Positions 19,063-26,969 of a stretch of 61,614 nt of DNA are shown piece after piece. Where the stretch lies: NCBI GenBank assembly GCA_036522475.1, contig DATDFT010000076.1:1-61614 (forward strand). Reading direction: 5' to 3'. How positions within the stretch are numbered: the stretch's first letter is position 1; every line of letters begins with the position of its first letter. Both the position numbers and the translations under genes were made by a program. Source of the DNA: Pyrinomonadaceae bacterium. GTDB lineage: Bacteria; Acidobacteriota; Blastocatellia; Pyrinomonadales; Pyrinomonadaceae. Below the pieces are notes generated by a model, which saw only the letters and a program-made list of their open reading frames with translations, was not told the origin of the DNA and searched no databases.

Positions 19063-20001
19063 ATGCTGCTTGCAATGAATGTTTTGCCCGCGAATACGAT
19101 TTTATTACTGCAAGATTCGACCACAATAATCGCGCAGATCTGGGCTTACCTGACCAAACAGTTCACGTTCGGCAGGATCACGGTATCGATTTCAGGTTTC
19201 ATTACCGGAGCCGCGACAATACTTTTAACGGTATTGGTTGCACGCTGGACGACTACGCTGCTTGACAGGCGCATCGCCAGCCGGCGCCACATCGATCCGG
19301 GTTTGCGCTATACGATTTGCCGGCTGGCCAAGTACATCATCGTTGCGATTGGCGTGCTGGTAACGCTCAAGCAGGCATTCGGGCTCGACCTCACGTCCCT
19401 CGCGGTGATCTTTACGGCGCTCTCGGTAGGCATCGGTTTTGGTTTGCAATACATTGCTGCCGACATTGCGTCAGGATTCATCCTGCTGTTCGAACGGCCG
19501 ATAAGAATCGGCGACCGCATCACAATCGGTGACGACGAAGGCGACGTGAAGAGCATCAACTTGCGCACGACCGTCGTTCTCACCAACGATCAGATCGCGA
19601 TCATCGTTCCGAACTCGAAGCTGGTGAGCCAGCGGGTCATCAACTGGTCCTACGGCGATCCGCGTGCCCGCATCGCGATTCCGATCGGGGTGGCTGACGA
19701 TTCCGATATTCAACTCGTAACTGACACGCTGATCTTGGCTGCTAAAGATGTGCCGAATGTGTTGCTGGACCCGCAACCACAAGTGCAGCTCTTGAAGTTT
19801 GGTGACTACACGCTCGACTTCCGTCTGCTGGTCTGGACGAACCAGCCGCGCCGTAACGTACAGATCCGCAGCGACATCAACTATCGCATCGCGCGACTGT
19901 TCCGCGAGCGTTCGATCAAGATTCCTTATCCGACGCAGGAGTTTCTGCTTAAGGGAGTTGAGCAGTCGACTTACACAGACGGACGCGGATCTTCTACATA
20001 A
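19063..20001 (+). CDS. Mechanosensitive ion channel (MscS family)
   Basis: TM helices followed by the MscS beta-domain motif ERPIRIGDRITIGDDEGDVKSINLRTTVVLTNDQIAIIVPNSKLVSQRVINWSY. Confidence 0.85.
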   Translation: MLLAMNVLPANTILLLQDSTTIIAQIWAYLTKQFTFGRITVSISGFITGAATILLTVLVARWTTTLLDRRIASRRHIDPGLRYTICRLAKYIIVAIGVLVTLKQAFGLDLTSLAVIFTALSVGIGFGLQYIAADIASGFILLFERPIRIGDRITIGDDEGDVKSINLRTTVVLTNDQIAIIVPNSKLVSQRVINWSYGDPRARIAIPIGVADDSDIQLVTDTLILAAKDVPNVLLDPQPQVQLLKFGDYTLDFRLLVWTNQPRRNVQIRSDINYRIARLFRERSIKIPYPTQEFLLKGVEQSTYTDGRGSST

Positions 20002-20035
20002 CTATTACAGTCAGATTCTTGCGTAATAAAAATGA

Positions 20036-20671
20036 GTGAGGCATCATTCATTCAGGATGCGCTCGGCCCGTACCCTCAACAACGTTCGTGTCGCCGGCGG
20101 CGATAAGCGCGAGGCAATTCTGCGCGCCGCTACGAGTGTCTTCGCACACAACGGGTACTTCAACTCCAAGGTCGCCGACATCGCGCGCGAAGCAGGTGTC
20201 GCTGACGGCACCGTCTATCTTTACTTCAAGAGCAAGGAAGACATTCTCCACTCAATTTTCGATCGCGGCGTCGAAGAAGCACTCGGCGCGGCTAGAAAAC
20301 AGATCGAAAGCGTTTTAGATCCGAAAGAGAAGTTACGCCGAATCGCGCTGCTGCATCTGGAACGATTGGGGGCAGATCGAGATCTCGCCGTCGTCTTCCA
20401 GGTTGAGCTGCGTGGTTCGACTAAGTTCATGCAAGAGTTTTCGGCCGCAGGGTTCGCAGAGTATCTCGCTTTAATTCGTACGACGTTCGAAGAAGGACAA
20501 CGCGCCGGGGTGTTTCGCGCCGATCTCAACGCGAAAGTCGTCGCGAAGATTTTATTCGGAGCGCTCGATGAGATGGCGACGAACTGGATCCTCTCGAAAC
20601 GACGTTACAAGCTCGCCCCGATGGCCGATCAGGGGCTGGACATTTTTCTTAACGGAGTGACGGCGACGTGA
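20036..20671 (+). CDS. TetR-family transcriptional regulator
   Basis: HTH REAILRAATSVFAHNGYFNSKVADIAREAGVADGTVYLYFKSKEDIL. A 4-nt overlap with the acyl-CoA synthetase gene suggests one operon. The exact start is uncertain. Confidence 0.85.
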   Translation: MRHHSFRMRSARTLNNVRVAGGDKREAILRAATSVFAHNGYFNSKVADIAREAGVADGTVYLYFKSKEDILHSIFDRGVEEALGAARKQIESVLDPKEKLRRIALLHLERLGADRDLAVVFQVELRGSTKFMQEFSAAGFAEYLALIRTTFEEGQRAGVFRADLNAKVVAKILFGALDEMATNWILSKRRYKLAPMADQGLDIFLNGVTAT

Positions 20672-22524
20672 ATCGCGCACTCGAATACATGGACCTGCGA
20701 TCGACCGCTCCTGTTCGCAAACCTACCGCGGCAGACGAGCCGGTCACGCTTGTCGACGTTTTCAATCGCGTCGTTCGCAGACACAAGCGACCAGATACGT
20801 TGAATTACAAAAGCGGCGGTCAGTGGGTGTCGATCTCGTCTGACGAGATGCTCGCGCGTTTGAAACACATCGCTGCGGGACTGCATGCGATCGGAGCGCA
20901 TCGTGGCGATCGTGTGGCGTTGCTTTCCGACAGCCGCGTTGAATGGACGTTGACCGATGCGGGTTCGATATTCGCCGGCACGATCGACGTTCCGATTTAT
21001 CCGACGTTGACGCCGCCGCAGGTGCGCTACATTCTCAACGACTCCGGCGCCTGCATTCTCTTTCTCGCCAACCGGCAGAAGTATGATGAAATCAAAGATG
21101 CGCTCGGCGAGTGTCCCGAAGTTAAGCATATTGTCTTCTTCGATCCGGAAGGAGTAACGAGTGACGAAGGACTGACGTTGGCCCAACTAGAGGAAAAGGG
21201 CCGCGAACTCGAAGAACGGGAACCGGGTTATGTCGACCGTCTCGCGGGGCAAACCAAACCAGACGAGCTCGCGACGATAATCTACACGTCCGGCACGACT
21301 GGCGAACCGAAGGGGGTGATGCTCACGCACTCGAACCTCGTCACGAATCTGATCGACTCATCGGGCCATCTTTCTTTCGGCGAGCACGACACGGCGCTCT
21401 CGGTGCTCCCCTTGTCACACGTCTTCGAGCGCCAGGCGATGTACATGTATCTGCACCAGGGCATGGCGGTTTACTTTGCGGAGACGATGCAGACGGTTGG
21501 TCCAAACTTGCGTGAGGTGCGTCCGACGGTGCTGGTCGGCGTGCCGCGTATATTCGAAAAGATTTATCAACGCATTCGCGAACGCGCTGCGGAAGCTGGT
21601 TGGCTGAGCGCAGCGCTGCTCGCATGGTCTGTGTCGGTGGCGAAAGATTATGCGAAGCCTGTGATCGCGCATCAGCCAGTGCCCGCGTTTCTCAAACTCA
21701 AACACGCGATCGCTTCGAAGCTGGTGTTTTCGAAATGGCAACGCGCCTTTGGCGGACGCATGCGGCTGTTGGTTTCCGGTGGTGCTGCTTTGCCCGAAGA
21801 TTTGTCGTACATCTACATCGGCGCCGGCATTCCGATTGTCCAGGGTTATGGATTGACTGAGACGTCGCCTGTCATCACCGCGAGCAGGATGGAAGACAAT
21901 CGCGTCGGCACTGTCGGCAAGGCAATTCCAAACGTCGACATTCGCATCGCCGAAGATGGAGAGATCGAAGTGCGTGGTCCAAACGTGATGCGTGGTTACT
22001 ACAACAAGCCTGAAGAAACACGCGCGGTCTTCACGAGCGATGGCTGGTTTAAGACGGGCGACATCGGCACGATCGACCACGATGGATTCCTGCGCATCAC
22101 GGATCGTAAGAAAGAGTTGTTCAAGACTTCGGGCGGGAAGTACATCTCGCCGCAACCGATCGAGCAGGCGATCAAGGAGTCGCGGTTTGTGAACCAGGTG
22201 GTTTTGATTGGCGCTGAACGCAAGTTTCCGGCGGCGCTCGTGGTGCCCGCGTGGGAACAGGTCGAGTCGTACTGCAAGTTGAAGGGCATCGAAGTAAAGA
22301 GTCATAGCGAACTCTGCAAGCATCCGCGCATCATCGATCTGATTCAGCGTCAGATTGAAGCATTAACTCCGAACCTCGCGAAGTACGAACGGATCAAGAA
22401 GGTGGCGCTGCTGGAGAATGAGTTTACGATCGAAGGTGGCGAGCTCACGCCGACGTTGAAAGTCAAGCGCAGAGTTATCGATCAGAAGTATCGCGACGTA
22501 ATTGAGAAGCTCTATGCTGAGTGA
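20668..22524 (+). CDS. Long-chain acyl-CoA synthetase (AMP-binding superfamily)
   Basis: AMP-binding motifs IIYTSGTTGEPKGVMLTHSN, GYGLTETSP, WFKTGDIG and GGKYISPQ. Confidence 0.9.
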   Translation: MNRALEYMDLRSTAPVRKPTAADEPVTLVDVFNRVVRRHKRPDTLNYKSGGQWVSISSDEMLARLKHIAAGLHAIGAHRGDRVALLSDSRVEWTLTDAGSIFAGTIDVPIYPTLTPPQVRYILNDSGACILFLANRQKYDEIKDALGECPEVKHIVFFDPEGVTSDEGLTLAQLEEKGRELEEREPGYVDRLAGQTKPDELATIIYTSGTTGEPKGVMLTHSNLVTNLIDSSGHLSFGEHDTALSVLPLSHVFERQAMYMYLHQGMAVYFAETMQTVGPNLREVRPTVLVGVPRIFEKIYQRIRERAAEAGWLSAALLAWSVSVAKDYAKPVIAHQPVPAFLKLKHAIASKLVFSKWQRAFGGRMRLLVSGGAALPEDLSYIYIGAGIPIVQGYGLTETSPVITASRMEDNRVGTVGKAIPNVDIRIAEDGEIEVRGPNVMRGYYNKPEETRAVFTSDGWFKTGDIGTIDHDGFLRITDRKKELFKTSGGKYISPQPIEQAIKESRFVNQVVLIGAERKFPAALVVPAWEQVESYCKLKGIEVKSHSELCKHPRIIDLIQRQIEALTPNLAKYERIKKVALLENEFTIEGGELTPTLKVKRRVIDQKYRDVIEKLYAE

Positions 22525-23148
22525 TCAGTTAGGAATTTGAACGTCGATATGAAGCGCTTTGATTATGCGGTCGCCGGCTTCTTCACCTGTCCGTTTCAAC
22601 AATTCTTCACGGTATAGTCCGCTCGTTCTGCCGCCAGTTGGATCGACAACGATTGGTCCGGCGCGACGCCCCCTGAGGTAAGTCCTGCCACTCGTCACTA
22701 TCTTTGCGGTTTCGGGAGCGAAGACGATGTACTGGAGTACGAGATCGTCATACGAACGTGCCATGGAATCGAACTGAAGGTCCAGCCAGACTGTGTAGGC
22801 CTTCGTTTCTGACTTCGCCTTTTTGATCGCCTCGCCGCGGCTCACATCGCGATCAGATATGTCCACGGACGCCGAAGATCCCGCGTGCAGTCGAGATGCA
22901 CAACCTTGCACGACGGCGTCGTAGTAACTAATCGGAAGCTGCCCGTACGAGCTGTTGCGATCGGCTCCTACGGAAAACATCAGCTCGTTTTCTTTGGTTT
23001 GTTTTTTCGGCTCGGGTGTGGCTTCGGGAGTTGGTGTGGGAACGGGCGCAGCGGGAGGAGGTTTTACCTGGCGCCGGCCTGACTGCGCTTGCACCGCAAA
23101 GGCGCACAGGGCGAGTAGCAAAACTGTGGCGCAGCGTTGGTACTTCAT
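22525..23148 (-). CDS. Secreted hypothetical protein (207 aa)
   Basis: Signal peptide MKYQRCATVLLLALCAFAVQAQS, then a Pro/Thr-rich linker. No recognisable domain. Confidence 0.6.
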   Translation of the reverse strand: MKYQRCATVLLLALCAFAVQAQSGRRQVKPPPAAPVPTPTPEATPEPKKQTKENELMFSVGADRNSSYGQLPISYYDAVVQGCASRLHAGSSASVDISDRDVSRGEAIKKAKSETKAYTVWLDLQFDSMARSYDDLVLQYIVFAPETAKIVTSGRTYLRGRRAGPIVVDPTGGRTSGLYREELLKRTGEEAGDRIIKALHIDVQIPN

Positions 23149-23214
23149 GTGGGTGGGAATTGTATCCGCTTACGGTGAGATTCGGAAGTTCGATTTGCTA
23201 AACTGCTCGATCAA

Positions 23215-23901
23215 ATGGAAGCGAAACAGGTGCGGCAACTCGTGATTACCGGCATTCGTGAACAGGCTCGCAACACGCGATCGTTTGATTTGCGGTGCAG
23301 TGAGGCAGTCGATTTCACGCCCGGGCAGGTCGCGATCCTGCAGGTCGAGGGCGAAGAACCCGCTTACTTTGCGTTCGCTGGTGCGCCGGAGGACCGGGAT
23401 CTCGAAGTGCTGGTGAAACAAAAGGTCGGTGCGAGCAGCGTGATCTACGAGATGTGTGTCGGTGACAAGATCGAGCTTGTTGGAATTGCAGGGCGTGGTT
23501 TCAAACTCGATGCGATGAGCGGGCGCGATCTCGTTCTTGTCGCGATGGGAACGGGTGTGGCGCCGTTGCGCTCGGCGTTGCGGCACGTGTTGAAACGTAA
23601 AGACAAGTTTGGGCAACTGGTGGTGCTCTACGGCGCGCGCACGCCCGATGACTTTTGTTATCGCGATGAGACTGAAGACTGGGAAGCTGCGGGTGTCGAA
23701 CTCCGACAGGTCATCTCACGGCCGGATGGTCATGACTGGTCCGGCCCAACTGGTTATGTGCAATCATTGTTGGACAACGTACTGCCGAATCTCTCCGCGC
23801 CCGTCGCACTAATCTGCGGCTCGCGCGACATGATCGAACAAACGCGCGAGCGCCTCTCGAAGATGGGATTCAAGCCGGACGAGATCCTCACGAATTATTG
23901 A
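23215..23901 (+). CDS. FAD/NAD(P)-binding oxidoreductase (ferredoxin-NADP reductase-like fold)
   Basis: FAD-binding-like GQVAILQV...YFAFAG and the NAD-binding glycine motif LVLVAMGTGVAPLRS. Confidence 0.8.
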   Translation: MEAKQVRQLVITGIREQARNTRSFDLRCSEAVDFTPGQVAILQVEGEEPAYFAFAGAPEDRDLEVLVKQKVGASSVIYEMCVGDKIELVGIAGRGFKLDAMSGRDLVLVAMGTGVAPLRSALRHVLKRKDKFGQLVVLYGARTPDDFCYRDETEDWEAAGVELRQVISRPDGHDWSGPTGYVQSLLDNVLPNLSAPVALICGSRDMIEQTRERLSKMGFKPDEILTNY

Positions 23902-23906
23902 GCAGA

Positions 23907-24353
23907 TCATTTCTTGAAGAACTTCGAGGCTTTGACGATCTTCGTGTTGCAGTAGCGTTGGATCGCTTTAAAGTCCGTCCAATTCTCCGTTACGACTTGC
24001 GCCTTCCACCGTCGTGCGCTAACGGCGATCAGGACGTCGAGGGCAAGGCGTTGAGAAGCTCCTGGCGGTAGTCTATGTAGCTTTCCTTTTTGTAAACGCC
24101 TGCGTGATCGCGTTAACAAATGCAAGACTTTCGCTGCGAAGAGCCAGTCATCTACAGTAGGCACGATAATTAAATTATCCTGCTGGAACTGGAGAAAGAC
24201 ATCCCTAAAGAATTTTTGACGCGATTCGTCCGGATCGCCTGCCATCAATTCCATCATCACTACCGCTGACAGCCGGAAGTTCTGTGGCATCCTCTGAAAA
24301 TCAATTAGATTTCTTGCAATGCAAACTGACGTGTCGTAGGTGAAGTACGGCAT
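23907..24353 (-). CDS. PIN-domain (VapC-like) putative toxin
   Basis: 148 aa. Acidic residues sit at PIN-typical spacing: YDTSV (Asp 7), MMELMAG, ALDVLIA and TENWTDF. Confidence 0.55.
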   Translation of the reverse strand: MPYFTYDTSVCIARNLIDFQRMPQNFRLSAVVMMELMAGDPDESRQKFFRDVFLQFQQDNLIIVPTVDDWLFAAKVLHLLTRSRRRLQKGKLHRLPPGASQRLALDVLIAVSARRWKAQVVTENWTDFKAIQRYCNTKIVKASKFFKK

Positions 24354-24384
24354 CGGAATGTCCTCAACTTTTTAGTTGCGAAAA

Positions 24385-24618
24385 TTATAGAATCCGGTGG
24401 AATTTACCTTGTTGGTAGTCCTCGTAAACCATTCCAAACATTTTGTGAGCAAGCAGGCCTAATTCTTTTCGCCGCTTTAATTCGTCCGCCTTCTTCTTGG
24501 CGGCTTTTGATTTGGTTGCTTTCGATGCAGCTTTTTTTGAGCGACTGGAAGTTAACGAAGACTTCTTCCGTGCTGAGGTTGTGTGAGTTTTGAGCTTCTT
24601 TGTTGCCATGGGCCGCAC
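24385..24618 (-). CDS. Small Lys-rich protein, candidate cognate antitoxin / DNA-binding partner
   Basis: 77 aa located 31 nt upstream of the PIN gene. It has a strongly basic N-terminal half (KKLKTHTTSARKKSSLTSSRSKKAASKATKSKAAKKKADELKRRK). Confidence 0.45.
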   Translation of the reverse strand: MRPMATKKLKTHTTSARKKSSLTSSRSKKAASKATKSKAAKKKADELKRRKELGLLAHKMFGMVYEDYQQGKFHRIL

Positions 24619-24646
24619 TGTAACACAGTTGAGAGTGAGTTCCTAA

Positions 24647-25036
24647 TTATTCTGCTTCGACCATCGTCGCGACTAGATGTCGCAACGCCGCCGTTGGATC
24701 GGAACATCTCCCCGTGTGCGCCGGAGAAGTTTGAATGATCGTGCTGCGTGGCGCGACAAGCCAGTAGAAACGGTCGCGCTGTGATAACTGACCAATTGGA
24801 CCAGCGTCATCTCCGCCACGACAGATCGTCGGAATCGTTGCTAAATGCGTCTTGACCATTTCGAGGTCGAGCGAAGGATCGAGCGCCAGCAATCGAGCCT
24901 CGTTTAACTTAATACTCGCTTCCAGAAACGACCGATCGGGACACGAGAGTATAACGCCCGCATTGATAAACTCCTCGCGCTCCACTTTTGGTACGACGCG
25001 AATCACCGCGTAGTCATACCTGAACTGATCGCGCAC
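24647..25036 (-). CDS. DUF3037-like protein
   Basis: Start moved to a GTG preceded by GAGGAGG. YDYAVIRVVPKVEREEFINAGVILSCPD matches my recollection of the DUF3037 N-terminal signature. It overlaps the upstream HipA-like gene by 23 nt. Confidence 0.6.
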   Translation of the reverse strand: MRDQFRYDYAVIRVVPKVEREEFINAGVILSCPDRSFLEASIKLNEARLLALDPSLDLEMVKTHLATIPTICRGGDDAGPIGQLSQRDRFYWLVAPRSTIIQTSPAHTGRCSDPTAALRHLVATMVEAE

Positions 25037-25790
25037 GAATCGCCTCCTCGAGAAAGTAGCGAGGCTCCTCACGACGCCTCAACAAGTATTCGACGTATGC
25101 TTCTCTATTCTCTCGCGTGGTCCGGAACGGCGAGTTTCCAACCATCCAGTCATCCGGAACAAGATCAACAACCTCTCGGATCGTTCTTTCGGTCGTCATT
25201 GTCGTCATTGGACCATCCACGGTCTCGAGCGAACTCGCAAACGGAAGCAGAATGTGCTGCTTAACCAACGCAAACGAATCCCTCGCACGCTTCTCCATGT
25301 CAGTCCACGAGTGATGAAAATAGAGTGCGGCTCCGTGATCGATCAACCAGAGCTTGCGATGCCACATCAGCAGATTCGCGTTACGCGGCGTGCGATCGAT
25401 GTTCGTGACGTAAGCGTCAAACCAAACGATGCGCGACGCCAGATCCGCATCAGGCTTTTCCGCAACGGGATCGAACATCACCGATCCAGGCAGATAATCG
25501 AGCCCGAGATTAAGCCCGGCGCTCGCTCGAATCAGATCCTGTATCTCCGGATCCGGTTCCGTCTTTGCGATCTCACGATCGAGGATGACGAACACCAACT
25601 CCGGTACCGGCAGCCCTGCAGTCCTCGCAAGCTCGCCTGCAATCACTTCAGCAATGAGTGCCTTCGTTCCCTGTCCCGCGCCGCGAAATTTGAGCACGTA
25701 CATTCCGTCGTCGTCCGCTTCGATGATCGCCGGCAGCGATCCGCCTTCACGCAGCGGCGTCACGTATCTGGTCGCGTTTACAGTCCTCAT
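25014..25790 (-). CDS. HipA-like kinase-fold protein
   Basis: 258 aa. G-rich loop KFRGAGQGTKA, catalytic-loop-like NIDRTPRNANLLMW, and the metal-binding-like LIDHGAAL. Confidence 0.65.
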   Translation of the reverse strand: MRTVNATRYVTPLREGGSLPAIIEADDDGMYVLKFRGAGQGTKALIAEVIAGELARTAGLPVPELVFVILDREIAKTEPDPEIQDLIRASAGLNLGLDYLPGSVMFDPVAEKPDADLASRIVWFDAYVTNIDRTPRNANLLMWHRKLWLIDHGAALYFHHSWTDMEKRARDSFALVKQHILLPFASSLETVDGPMTTMTTERTIREVVDLVPDDWMVGNSPFRTTRENREAYVEYLLRRREEPRYFLEEAIRARSVQV

Positions 25791-25929
25791 TCCCGCTCAT
25801 TGTGTCAGAGTTCGCCGTTTAAGCCACTAATTCTTTGCGAATTCGGGCGATTTTCTTGACAGACATGTAAACGCATCAACGACGGCTGGAATGAAAGTTG
25901 ACTCGAAAAATTCAGGGAAAGGAGAACTC

Positions 25930-26757
25930 ATGAGGAATCAAATTAAAATGGGTCTGCTTCTCACTGCCGTACTGCTTTTCTTAGCAGCATGTTCGAGTGA
26001 GCCGAAGCAAACTCAACCCGTAATCAGCAAAACCGATTCAGGAACATCAACAGCGCCGCCGGCTAAAGAAGTTGATCAACGAAACAACGCACTCGTGCGT
26101 GTGATTAACGCTGCTCCGGGCGCAGCGTCAGTCGACGTCTTTGCCGACGATCAAAAAGCCTTTGACGCGGTTGCGTTCAAGAGCGTCACTCCCTACAAGG
26201 AGCTTTCAGACACTCGCCACACGTTCCGCGTCCGCGCGGCCGGCAAAGACAGCGACCAACCGATCGCAGAGAACAGCGAAGGTCTCGCCGGTGGTAAGCA
26301 CTACACGGTCCTGATCATGCCGGGCACGAACGACAAGACCACGATCTCGGTGCTCAACGACAACATCACCACGCCGTCCAATGACAAAGCGGAAGTGCGC
26401 GTGATTCATGCTGCGCCCAACGCAGGTGAAGTCGACGTTGTCGAAAAATCAGGAAACAAAAAACTCTTCTCGGGAGTTAATTTCGAACGAGAGACTTCTT
26501 ACATGTCGGTCGATCCGATGAAGACAACGCTCGAGGTTCGTCCGGAAGGTCAGGACAAGTCAGTGTTGACTGTGCCGGAAGCGAATTTCGAGAAGGGTAA
26601 GTACTACACCATCGTAGTTACCGGCAACGCCAAGGGAACGCCCAAGCTACAGGCATTGATGATCGAAGATCAGTTGGGCGGAACGCCCGCTACTGCCGCT
26701 AACGACAAGGGCCAGCAGCCAAACGGCAAGATGGTCAAAGCGAAGGCGAAGTATTAG
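25930..26757 (+). CDS. DUF4397-like lipoprotein
   Basis: Start moved to MRNQIKMGLLLTAVLLFLAACSS (lipobox LAAC), preceded by AAAGGAGA. It contains repeated VRVINAAPGAASVDVFADD / VRVIHAAPNAGEVDVV units. Confidence 0.75.
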   Translation: MRNQIKMGLLLTAVLLFLAACSSEPKQTQPVISKTDSGTSTAPPAKEVDQRNNALVRVINAAPGAASVDVFADDQKAFDAVAFKSVTPYKELSDTRHTFRVRAAGKDSDQPIAENSEGLAGGKHYTVLIMPGTNDKTTISVLNDNITTPSNDKAEVRVIHAAPNAGEVDVVEKSGNKKLFSGVNFERETSYMSVDPMKTTLEVRPEGQDKSVLTVPEANFEKGKYYTIVVTGNAKGTPKLQALMIEDQLGGTPATAANDKGQQPNGKMVKAKAKY

Positions 26758-26772
26758 AGAACGAAAAAGTGG

Positions 26773-26800
26773 ATAGGTCCTATAGTCATATAGGACCTAT
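26773..26800. terminator. Perfect 12-bp hairpin between convergent genes (candidate bidirectional terminator)
   Basis: ataggtcctata-gtca-tataggacctat. It lies 16 nt after the DUF4397 stop and is followed by tt. The stem is AT-rich and the T-tract is weak. Confidence 0.45.
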
Positions 26801-26969
26801 TTACTGTTCACGCGAAGCGCAACGTCTTCTGATTATCCTCAGCCATTCGTTACGCGTAACCTCTCTTGTACTCATGTGACCTCACATTCCTGAAGTTGAA
26901 ACAGGACGAAGGATAGGTCGGAGAAGTTACGACCTCTTGGTGGTTTTGGTTATTTTCTTGAAGGCCGAA

